DNA of 64,000 nt, from contig JAQTZF010000001.1 of the NCBI GenBank assembly GCA_028687915.1, forward strand, positions 101,969 to 165,968, in the 5' to 3' direction. The position numbers and the translations under genes were made by a program. Shown piece after piece: positions 56,172-64,000 of this stretch (positions are counted from its first letter, which is position 1; the number at the start of each line of letters is the position of its first letter). Source of the stretch: Candidatus Daviesbacteria bacterium (lineage in GTDB: Bacteria > Patescibacteriota > Microgenomatia > Daviesbacterales > UBA10151). The notes under the pieces are model-generated. The model was given only the letters and a program-made list of their open reading frames with translations. It had not been told where the DNA came from and ran no database searches.

Positions 56172-59015
56172 GTGAGAGGAGTCATTAATAGCATTGAAAT
56201 TACTATGAATAACCTTTCACGAAATAAACCAGTGGCTTTTGTCGTGGGTGCTGCCGGCTTTATTGGGTCAAGCTTAGTTGAATGTTTACTGGGAAAAGGC
56301 ATTCAGGTGGTTGGGGCGGATGATTTTAGTACAGGCAGAAGAAATAATCTTATCGAAGCCAATAAGGATAAAGGCTTTCAATTGATCAGTCAATCCTTAT
56401 CTAATGTGTCTGATCTGGTATTTCCACGACTTGATTATGCGGTATTTACAATAACCGAAGATATTTCAAAGGATAGATTTGGAGCAACTCTTAAAAACTT
56501 TTTGGATATTTGTTCTACTAATACACCTAAAATAATTTTAGTCTCCTCTATTAACCTTTACGATTCAAAGGATGAGTCTGATAACTTAAAACTTGCTGAG
56601 AAAAAATTGGCAGAGATAGCCCGCGACAGTAAAATTAATGCCAGAATCGTTCGACTGTCTGCGGTTTTTGGTCCACGAATGAACTTTAGGGATACAGACC
56701 CCATCACAAGATTAATTAAATCTGCAGCAACTGGAAAATTAAACCAGGAACAAACTCCGCTGGAATTTACTACCCGTGCTTTATACATCTCTGATGCTGT
56801 TGACCTGATTGTTAAAGCTATTATGCATGGCTCTACCGCTCAAAAAATATATGATGGCGCTATGATAGAGCCAGTCAAAGTTTCTGAGATAAAGCAACTA
56901 CTGATGGATCCGGTTTGGTATGAAGAAAAAGGATTTACACCCACAGAATTACCGCCTTGGCCAACACCAAATCTTAATAAGACGATTAAAGAATTGTCGT
57001 GGAAACCACATACTTCAATTATTAAGGCATTAAAAGAGACTATGGCATATTTTAAAGAGAATGCTGATGAGATCCCAAAAGAGGTAGTTGAAGAGAAGAA
57101 GTCATCAGTTCCCTGGCAATTTTCAAAATTAGAAGATGAGGATACACAACAAAAGAGTGAGCCTATTCATGAAAAAAAACTCAAAAAGGGAATTATCATT
57201 CCTAAAGTTAACACTAATAGTATTAAACAAAAGACTATTTCCATTGTTGGGTTAGTGGTAATCTTTTTTGCGCTTGTGTTTCCCATATTAAGAGTAGGAG
57301 TATCTGCTTATGAGATTAAAGTACACCTAGAAAATAGTATCAAACAAACATCTTTGGGTAATTTTAATGAAGCAGTAAGAGAGGCAGATCAGGCAACAGG
57401 GGACATAACTTACTTAAAAGACTCATTTGATAGCCTTTCTTTCATAAAGAATGTAGGAATATTAAAGACGCCATATGAGGCGATTGAACAAAGTTTGGGA
57501 CTTGCATTTAAAGCAGTTAGTGCTAATTTACATACTGTTTTGGGGGTAAGATATATGGCTGGGGGATTTGCTGTAATCTCAGGAGAAAAGGAAGGGGATA
57601 GCACAAGTTTAATTAATAGTGCAAAAGCAGAGGTTTATGAAGCAGATAATGAAATAGGGCAGGTATCAGCTAGCTTAAATGATGTAAGTTATGTAAATAA
57701 AATACCTACAATTTTTCAACAGGAGTTAAAAACCCTGGATGAAAAGATTACTTTATACCGTCAAACCATAAATTTAGGAAAAACCCTGGTAGATTTATTA
57801 CCTGCAGTTATTACTAAAGAGGGTGAAAAAAGCTATTTGATTGTTTTACAGGACAACAGAGTTTTAAGACCAGGTGGAGGTCAAATCAGATCTTATGTTG
57901 TGGTTACTTTTAATAATGGTAAATTAAAAGAAATAAAAGGGGACTTGGTAGAAAATCTGGATAGTTCATATGAAGGAAAAATAGATCCACCAATAGAACT
58001 AAAGAATGATTTAGGAGAATCCAACTGGAGATTAAAGGATGCCTCATTTGATTTAGATTCTCCAACAAGTGCTAAAAATATTGTTTGGTTTTATGGCAGG
58101 GAGTCTGGTATACCAGTTTCCGGATTAGTTGCTTTGGATTTAGAATCCGTTTCCAAACTATTAGCGGCTGTGGGACCGTTAAATATTGGAAATAAAGGAG
58201 AGGAAGTAACCAGCACTAATATTTATCAAAAGGTTCCATTAACCAGAGAAGGTAATCAAGTAAGTGTGGATATTTTAAGAGTATTAGTAGAAAGAATCTT
58301 CTATTTATCAAAACAGAATTGGGTGGTTTTAGCTAAAAATTCAGAAGAATCATTAAGTCAAAAACACTTAACTTTATATTTAACCGACCCAAATGCTTTT
58401 TCTTATCTTTCCTCAAATGGCTGGACTGGGTCGATGCCAGTACAAACAAAAGAAAAAATAGGGGAAAGACAGGAATTTTTATCTCTTTCAGAAACCAATA
58501 ATAGTCAGGGTCAGTCATCAACTTCAATAGAAAGGTCTGCTAACTTAGAGAGCAGTTTAGATAAAAATGGTTTGGTTTCACATAAATTAACCGTCAATTA
58601 TTCAGCAACAGAAAAACTGACCAGCCCTTACAAAACACGCTTAAAAGTATATTTAGCTGGAGGCACTAAGATGTTGAAGTCAACATGGGGAGGAAAAATT
58701 ATAAAAGATATAAGTCCTTTTAGTGATTATGGAAAGTCCGGATATTCAATATTGTTAGAGCTGGGAGTTGGAGAGCAAAAGCAATTAGTTTTAGAATATC
58801 AAGATTTATTAGCAGTTAAATTTGAGCAAAATAATTTGAAATATCAATTAAATATTGTTAAACAAGCAGGACAGCAAGCCATTCCGTTTAATTTTAAATT
58901 AACATTTCCAGAAAATATTAAAGCAGAGAGTAAATACAAAAATGGTTTAGGTGAGGTTTTGGTGGCTGATCAGATCTCCCAAAACAAGACATACGAAGTA
59001 ATTTTACACAAATAA
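56172..59015 (+). CDS. Fusion protein: N-terminal NAD-dependent epimerase/dehydratase (Rossmann), one TM helix, and a C-terminal DUF4012-like extracytoplasmic domain.
   Basis: FVVGAAGFIGSSLVECLL (GxxGxxG), then a TM helix (ISIVGLVVIFFALVFPIL), then roughly 570 aa resembling DUF4012 as I recall it. The track start is GTG 56172; an alternative ATG lies at 56205. Confidence 0.55.
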   Translation: MRGVINSIEITMNNLSRNKPVAFVVGAAGFIGSSLVECLLGKGIQVVGADDFSTGRRNNLIEANKDKGFQLISQSLSNVSDLVFPRLDYAVFTITEDISKDRFGATLKNFLDICSTNTPKIILVSSINLYDSKDESDNLKLAEKKLAEIARDSKINARIVRLSAVFGPRMNFRDTDPITRLIKSAATGKLNQEQTPLEFTTRALYISDAVDLIVKAIMHGSTAQKIYDGAMIEPVKVSEIKQLLMDPVWYEEKGFTPTELPPWPTPNLNKTIKELSWKPHTSIIKALKETMAYFKENADEIPKEVVEEKKSSVPWQFSKLEDEDTQQKSEPIHEKKLKKGIIIPKVNTNSIKQKTISIVGLVVIFFALVFPILRVGVSAYEIKVHLENSIKQTSLGNFNEAVREADQATGDITYLKDSFDSLSFIKNVGILKTPYEAIEQSLGLAFKAVSANLHTVLGVRYMAGGFAVISGEKEGDSTSLINSAKAEVYEADNEIGQVSASLNDVSYVNKIPTIFQQELKTLDEKITLYRQTINLGKTLVDLLPAVITKEGEKSYLIVLQDNRVLRPGGGQIRSYVVVTFNNGKLKEIKGDLVENLDSSYEGKIDPPIELKNDLGESNWRLKDASFDLDSPTSAKNIVWFYGRESGIPVSGLVALDLESVSKLLAAVGPLNIGNKGEEVTSTNIYQKVPLTREGNQVSVDILRVLVERIFYLSKQNWVVLAKNSEESLSQKHLTLYLTDPNAFSYLSSNGWTGSMPVQTKEKIGERQEFLSLSETNNSQGQSSTSIERSANLESSLDKNGLVSHKLTVNYSATEKLTSPYKTRLKVYLAGGTKMLKSTWGGKIIKDISPFSDYGKSGYSILLELGVGEQKQLVLEYQDLLAVKFEQNNLKYQLNIVKQAGQQAIPFNFKLTFPENIKAESKYKNGLGEVLVADQISQNKTYEVILHK

Positions 59016-59063
59016 TCCAACAGCATTGAACTTTGAGGCTAGTTGTGATAAAGTACTCAAGTT

Positions 59064-59822
59064 ATGGCAAGAATTTCATTAAAAGCAACTGAAAGAGAAA
59101 TCTTTGGTAAAAAAGTTAATAAACTTCGAAAGTCTGGGATTATTCCTGGACACGTTTTTGGTAAAAGCCTGGAAACAGAACATGTTTCAGTTAAGGCTGC
59201 TGATTTTATTAAGGTTTATAAAGAAGCAGGGGAAACAGGGTTAATTGATTTAAAAATAAGCAAGCTTGCTGCTAACGCAGTTGATGATGATAAAACCAGG
59301 CCTGTATTAATTCGCCAGGTACAATTAGATCCAGTCAGAAGCGAAGTCCTTAATATTGATTTTTACCAGGTCAACTTAAAAGAAAAAACTACTGTTAATG
59401 TTCCAATAGAATTAATTGGGGAAGAACCAGAAATAGTACATAGTGGAGAAGCTGTTGTAATTCAACCAATGATGGAAGTTGAAGTAGAGGCTTTGCCAGA
59501 TGATTTACCAGAAAATATTGAAGTTGATATTAGCTCACTTAAAGCAATTGATGATGCTATCACTGTTGCTGACTTACCAGTGCCTACTGGTGTCACTATC
59601 TTAGCTGAACCAGAAGCTGTAGTAGTTAAATTAGATAATGCAGTAACAGCAGAGATGCAAGAGCTACTGGAAGAACAAGCAGAAGAACAGGCTGCAGCAA
59701 CTGAAGCTGCTGCTGAAGGCGCTGAAGGTGAAGAAAAGCCTGAAGGTGAAGAAGGTGCAGAAACCCCTGAAGGTGAAGAAAAACCTGCTGAAGGTCAGGA
59801 AAAAGAAGAATCTGCTGAGTAA
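59064..59822 (+). CDS. rplY: 50S ribosomal protein L25 / general stress protein Ctc, with an acidic C-terminal extension.
   Basis: MARISLKATEREIFGKKVNKLRKSGIIPGHVFGK, the canonical L25 N-terminus. Two-domain Ctc form with an E/A-rich tail. Confidence 0.8.
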   Translation: MARISLKATEREIFGKKVNKLRKSGIIPGHVFGKSLETEHVSVKAADFIKVYKEAGETGLIDLKISKLAANAVDDDKTRPVLIRQVQLDPVRSEVLNIDFYQVNLKEKTTVNVPIELIGEEPEIVHSGEAVVIQPMMEVEVEALPDDLPENIEVDISSLKAIDDAITVADLPVPTGVTILAEPEAVVVKLDNAVTAEMQELLEEQAEEQAAATEAAAEGAEGEEKPEGEEGAETPEGEEKPAEGQEKEESAE

Positions 59823-59867
59823 TTTCCAATACTTTTTCGGTTAATTTGAGTGAATTGTGCGGTAATT

Positions 59868-61991
59868 TTAGGCACAAACTTTTGGCCAAGAGCTTTCCAT
59901 AATTGATTTTTTATCTTTATTTATCTTTTGCCAGAGCTCTTCTGTAGTAAAGGGCATAAATGGGTGTAAGAGTTTTAATGTTTCTGCTAACACATGTTCT
60001 AAAACTGGTTGGGCTTCAACTCTTCTGTCTTTGCTTTTTTCTATATAAACATCTGCAAACTTGTGCCAAATAAATTCATATAAAATTTCAGTTGCCAAAT
60101 GCAACTGAAATGATTCCAGATTTTTAGTGACATCCTTAATGGTTTTATTTAGCTCTTCCAAAATCTTTTTATCATCTGGATGTAATTTGTCATTCTGATG
60201 GTCCGCTGGACCAGAAGAATCTAGATCCTTCGTTTCACTCAGGATGACAGAAGAAGGTTTTAATTCATAAATAAATCTATAAATATTTTTTATTTTTGTC
60301 CCAAAGTTACGGAAGTTTTTACATCTTTCATCCATTAGTTGTCGGGATGTTTTACCATCACGACCTGGTGCAGAATAAGAATATAACGCCATCCTGACAC
60401 TATCTGTTCCCCAGCTTTCCCTTAAGTCATTGGGATTAATACCATTACCCAAGGATTTGGAAAATTTCTTTCCCTGTAAGTCTCTTAGCATCCCGTGGAA
60501 GAACATATTTTTAAAAGGAATTTGTTCCGCAAGGTAGAGTGAAATCATGATCATGCGGGCAATCCAAAGGTATTTTATTTCCGGAGCGGTAATTTCAAAG
60601 TCCCATGGGAAGTATTTTTTCATCTCTTCTGTGTTATTAGGCCAGCCCAATGTTGATAAAGGCCAAAGACCTGAGGAGAACCAGGTATCAAATATCTTTT
60701 CTTCCTGCACCCACCCTTCACCTGGTGGGTCTTGGGAAACTTTTATATCATCTCCGTGGTACCAAATTGGGATGCGGTGGCCCCACCAAAGATCGCGTGA
60801 AATACACCAATCATGTAAGTCTTTAATCCAATCAGTTAAAATCTTTTTGTAATTTTTTGGTAAGAAATTTACCTCTCCAATTCTTTTTAAAGCCTTGTCT
60901 GCCAAGGGCTTCATTTTAATAAACCACTCTTCAGAGATTAATGGTTCTACTGTTGTTTTACATCTTTCGCAAACTGGAACAGAATGGATAAGGTCTTCTG
61001 TCTTAATTAAAGCTCCTGATTCCTGTAATTTTGCAGCTGCTTTTTCTTCTGCTTCATCAATCTTTAACCCAGCTAAATCTTGGGCTAACTCAGTCATTCG
61101 GCCAGTCTTATCAACAACATGTAAAATTGGTAAGTTGTGATCTTTGCCAATTTCATAATCTTTTGGATCATGACCTGGGGTGATTTTTAAAGCGCCGGTG
61201 CCAAAATCTTTATCCACTCTTTTATCTTCAAAGATCGGAATTTTATTACTGTTTAAAGGATTGATGGCAAAAGCTCCAACAAATTTCTTAAACTCCGGGT
61301 GGTTGGGATACATAGCAATCCCAGTATCAGCATAGATGGTTTCTGGTCTGGTAGTGGCAATAGTAATAAAGTCATCAGAATTTTCTATTTTGTATTTAAC
61401 AAAATATAATTTTTCTTTTTTTTCTTCATATTCCATTTCTACATCTTCGATGGCAGTGCCACACTTTGGACACCACTGAACAATGTAGGCCCCTTTATAA
61501 ACCAAGCCATCATCATAATATTTTTTAAACTCTGCAAAAACAGCGTCAGACCTTTTTTCATCCATGGTAAAAACTTCTCTTGACCAATCAGCAGAAATTC
61601 CAAAAACAGTCCAGTCTTTATGAAAAGACTGATAGACTTCATCTTTAAACTCCAGTGCTCTTTTCATCCATTCTTCTCTTCCTAACTTATTTTTGGTAAG
61701 TCCCTCTTTACTGAGTAGTTTATTTAAAGCTCCTTCAAATTGGATACCAGCATGATCCACCCCTGGCATAAGTAAAACATCAAAGCCCTGCATCCTCTTA
61801 AAACGGGCGATTGCATCTAGGATAGAGTGTTGCATGGCATGACCCAAGTGTAATTCTCCGGTTAAGTTTGGAGGCGGCATAAGGAGGGAATAAGGTTTTT
61901 TAGAAGACAATGGGTCTGCCTTAAAAAGGCCTGATTTTTCCCACGAGTTATAGAGTTCTTTTTCCAGTTGCTGCTGATTATTCTTATCCAT
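59868..61991 (-). CDS. valS: Valine--tRNA ligase (compact form).
   Basis: PPPNLTGELHLGHAMQHSILDAIARFKRMQGFDVLLMPGVDHAGIQ, the ValRS-type HIGH region; KFSKSLGN, the KMSKS motif; and an editing-domain segment. Confidence 0.8.
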   Translation of the reverse strand: MDKNNQQQLEKELYNSWEKSGLFKADPLSSKKPYSLLMPPPNLTGELHLGHAMQHSILDAIARFKRMQGFDVLLMPGVDHAGIQFEGALNKLLSKEGLTKNKLGREEWMKRALEFKDEVYQSFHKDWTVFGISADWSREVFTMDEKRSDAVFAEFKKYYDDGLVYKGAYIVQWCPKCGTAIEDVEMEYEEKKEKLYFVKYKIENSDDFITIATTRPETIYADTGIAMYPNHPEFKKFVGAFAINPLNSNKIPIFEDKRVDKDFGTGALKITPGHDPKDYEIGKDHNLPILHVVDKTGRMTELAQDLAGLKIDEAEEKAAAKLQESGALIKTEDLIHSVPVCERCKTTVEPLISEEWFIKMKPLADKALKRIGEVNFLPKNYKKILTDWIKDLHDWCISRDLWWGHRIPIWYHGDDIKVSQDPPGEGWVQEEKIFDTWFSSGLWPLSTLGWPNNTEEMKKYFPWDFEITAPEIKYLWIARMIMISLYLAEQIPFKNMFFHGMLRDLQGKKFSKSLGNGINPNDLRESWGTDSVRMALYSYSAPGRDGKTSRQLMDERCKNFRNFGTKIKNIYRFIYELKPSSVILSETKDLDSSGPADHQNDKLHPDDKKILEELNKTIKDVTKNLESFQLHLATEILYEFIWHKFADVYIEKSKDRRVEAQPVLEHVLAETLKLLHPFMPFTTEELWQKINKDKKSIMESSWPKVCA

Positions 61992-62000
61992 GTGGGGTAA

Positions 62001-62609
62001 TTATATTACTTTTTGGTCCTTTTTTGGTAATGCACCACAATTGCCAATTTTATTTAGTGAATAAGTTGCTTTGCAGGGTGGTTCTGCGCCATTCTTTAAT
62101 TGGATGGTGACAGTCTGTTTAACATGGTTGCTAAAAACAGCAATAATATTTTCCGTAAGAAACTCATGTCTGTTGCCACAATTTTCAATAAAAAATCCGG
62201 CACTACCAACCTCTCTTAATTTTTGATTTGTAATAATACTTATACCTTCTTTTGGTGTAAAAGGGGGTTGTCCTAAAATTTGGGGAAAGGGCTGGTCGTA
62301 GTGAATTCTTCTGATGGTAGACAATTCTTCCCAACCCCATGGGTTATAGGTACCAAGATTAACTGTTGTGTCAGTTTGTCGAGGTTTTGAGGCAGTATAT
62401 TCTATACTCATTGGTGTAAGGTCACTTTGATATTCTTCTTGGGTTTGATCTATTTTTTTAAAAGTAATAATTTGTTTGCGACCAGGCTCTTTGCTTGTGT
62501 AAAAGCGATTATAAGTACCAGGAGGAACTGGGTTAATGGGGTCACCTATCCAGACTTTAGTATTGGGATGTAATTGATGTTCTTTTTCGCCCCTCATAAG
62601 ATAAGCCAA
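62001..62609 (-). CDS. Hypothetical protein, 202 aa.
   Basis: ORF downstream of tsaD. No motif recognised. Confidence 0.35.
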   Translation of the reverse strand: MAYLMRGEKEHQLHPNTKVWIGDPINPVPPGTYNRFYTSKEPGRKQIITFKKIDQTQEEYQSDLTPMSIEYTASKPRQTDTTVNLGTYNPWGWEELSTIRRIHYDQPFPQILGQPPFTPKEGISIITNQKLREVGSAGFFIENCGNRHEFLTENIIAVFSNHVKQTVTIQLKNGAEPPCKATYSLNKIGNCGALPKKDQKVI

Positions 62610-62628
62610 TTAGGCCAATTGAAAGATT

Positions 62629-63807
62629 TTATTGATGTGAAGAGTTATTGTCAAGAGAGATGTTAGGGTTTGCCTGAAGGTGTAATGGATTAATAGGGGA
62701 AGGGTTAAAGAAAGCAGCGGTGGCAATACTGGCAGCATTGTCAGTACAAAGTGAGGGAGGGGGGATAAAAACCTTGGCATGTGGAATAATTTCGGACAGG
62801 CTTTGGGTGAGCTTAGAGGAGAGTGTTTTATTAGCTGCTACTCCTCCAGCAACAATAATTTGATCAATATTGTACAATTGGACTGCTGTGACAGTCTTTT
62901 CAACAAGAATATCTGTAATAGCATCTTCAATTGAAGCAGCTAAGTTAGCCAGCATATCAGAAGATCGGAGTATCAGAGTATCGGCGGAGCCACTTTTGCT
63001 GACTTGCTGGTCCGCTGATCTTAGCTGATTTATCTGATTATTGACTGCAGTTTTTAAACCAGAGAAAGAAAAATCCAGATCCTTAGAATCCAGCATTGGT
63101 CTGGGTAAATTATATGCTTTGGGATTACCTTCTTCTGCTAGTTTGGATAAGTTGGGTCCTCCTGGATAAGGCAGCCCAAGTAGTCTGGCACATTTATCAA
63201 AACACTCTCCTGCAGCATCATCACGGGTTCCTCCTAAATATTTATATTTTCCGTGGTCTGTAAAGAGGATTAAATCAGTGTGTCCTCCTGAAACTAATAA
63301 GCCAAGACAAGGAAATGTCGGAACATCAGGGTGTCGGAGTATCAGAGTATCAGCTGTTGCTGATTTGCTGACCCTCTGACTTGCTGACTCTCTGATATCT
63401 ATCCAATTAGCATAAAAATGTCCCCGTAGATGATTTACAGGAATTAAGGGTTTATTCCAAATTAAACTCAGTGTCTTAGCTGTTTCAACTCCGACTAAGA
63501 GTGATCCTATTAGTCCTGGTCCTTCTGTAACAGCTATAGCGTCGATTGGCGGGGTATTGTTGATGGTGTATGGTTTGTGACTTATAAATGCCTTGGACAG
63601 TGCTTCTTCGACCACTGGAATGATGCTTAAAAGCTGCTCTCTTGCTGCTTGTTCAGGAATTACACCACCATATTTAGCTTGTAATTCAGCTGAGGAAGCC
63701 ACAATATTGGATAAAATAGTTACTCTATCTCCATCTTTTTGCATGATAGCACAAGCTGTTTCATCACAACTTGTCTCTATTCCCAGAATAATTTGTTTAT
63801 TTTTCAT
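62629..63807 (-). CDS. tsaD: tRNA N6-adenosine threonylcarbamoyltransferase TsaD (Kae1/Gcp family), carrying two roughly 20-aa repeat-derived insertions.
   Basis: ILGIETSCDETACAI N-terminus, HLRGHFYAN, LLVSGGHT, and C-terminal GG(V)AAN motifs. Two paralogous inserted segments, SASQRVSKSATADTLILRHPDV and SADQQVSKSGSADTLILRSSDM, are encoded by near-identical DNA repeats. Confidence 0.85.
   Translation of the reverse strand: MKNKQIILGIETSCDETACAIMQKDGDRVTILSNIVASSAELQAKYGGVIPEQAAREQLLSIIPVVEEALSKAFISHKPYTINNTPPIDAIAVTEGPGLIGSLLVGVETAKTLSLIWNKPLIPVNHLRGHFYANWIDIRESASQRVSKSATADTLILRHPDVPTFPCLGLLVSGGHTDLILFTDHGKYKYLGGTRDDAAGECFDKCARLLGLPYPGGPNLSKLAEEGNPKAYNLPRPMLDSKDLDFSFSGLKTAVNNQINQLRSADQQVSKSGSADTLILRSSDMLANLAASIEDAITDILVEKTVTAVQLYNIDQIIVAGGVAANKTLSSKLTQSLSEIIPHAKVFIPPPSLCTDNAASIATAAFFNPSPINPLHLQANPNISLDNNSSHQ
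62950..63010. repeat. Intragenic repeat copy A inside tsaD.
   Basis: ...GATCGGAGTATCAGAGTATCGGCGGAGCC...GCTGACTTGCTGG... shares the 18-nt core TCGGAGTATCAGAGTATC and GCTGACTTGCTG with copy B. Confidence 0.6.
63320..63390. repeat. Intragenic repeat copy B inside tsaD.
   Basis: ...GTGTCGGAGTATCAGAGTATCAGCTGTTGCTGATTTGCTGACCCTCTGACTTGCTGACTC... Confidence 0.6.
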
Positions 63808-64000
63808 TGATGCAATTTTAACAGATTATTAAAAGATATTTTTATCTGATTTTTTATAATTTTCCCTATTGCACAACCATCTAAAAACACGCTAATTTTA
63901 ATACATGGCTTTTGATAATATACCGCGGACTCATTGTTTTTCTTTAGGAGATTTTCATGATTTTGATTCCTGTATATTTAGGTATTATGTGAATCATCAT

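Noticed and set aside
62940-63400. Possible CRISPR array, because of the repeated TCGGAGTATCAGAGTATC units.
   Set aside because: There are only two copies, roughly 370 bp apart and embedded in-frame in tsaD. There is no regular repeat-spacer periodicity and no cas genes. They are treated as intragenic selfish repeats instead.

Overview
This looks like a low-GC, gene-dense bacterial chromosomal segment. Genes are small and tightly packed or overlapping. The gene content suggests a reduced-genome lineage such as Candidate Phyla Radiation / Patescibacteria; this is an inference from content only, since no rRNA is present. The core content includes the replication-origin neighbourhood in the order dnaN, dnaA (both minus strand), then rpmH-rnpA-yidD-yidC-jag on the plus strand, with DnaA-box clusters on both sides of dnaA. 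It also includes rpoD-dnaG, trxB, valS, tsaD, rplY, rnhA, mtnP and smpB with its tmRNA. There are six tRNA genes: four tRNA-Ser, one tRNA-Arg, and a tRNA-Asn(GUU) that is split by a roughly 188-nt group I intron in the anticodon loop. The most striking accessory region is a roughly 16-kb type-IV-secretion-like locus at 31.2-47.5 kb. It contains six tandem VirB2/TrbC-like pilin paralogs, a secreted clan GH-A glycosidase, a VirB6/TrbL-like protein, a PrgI-like protein, a VirB4 ATPase that is apparently split into two ORFs, an M23 peptidase and two Ig-like proteins. Two oppositely oriented genes of unknown function lie inside this locus, and no relaxase or coupling protein is visible. Other points of interest are two in-frame repeat insertions inside tsaD, orphan copies of the tRNA-Ser 5' end, and an ORF-free roughly 380-nt region that may encode a structured RNA. 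All calls come from reading the sequence and from recalled family motifs; no database search was run.
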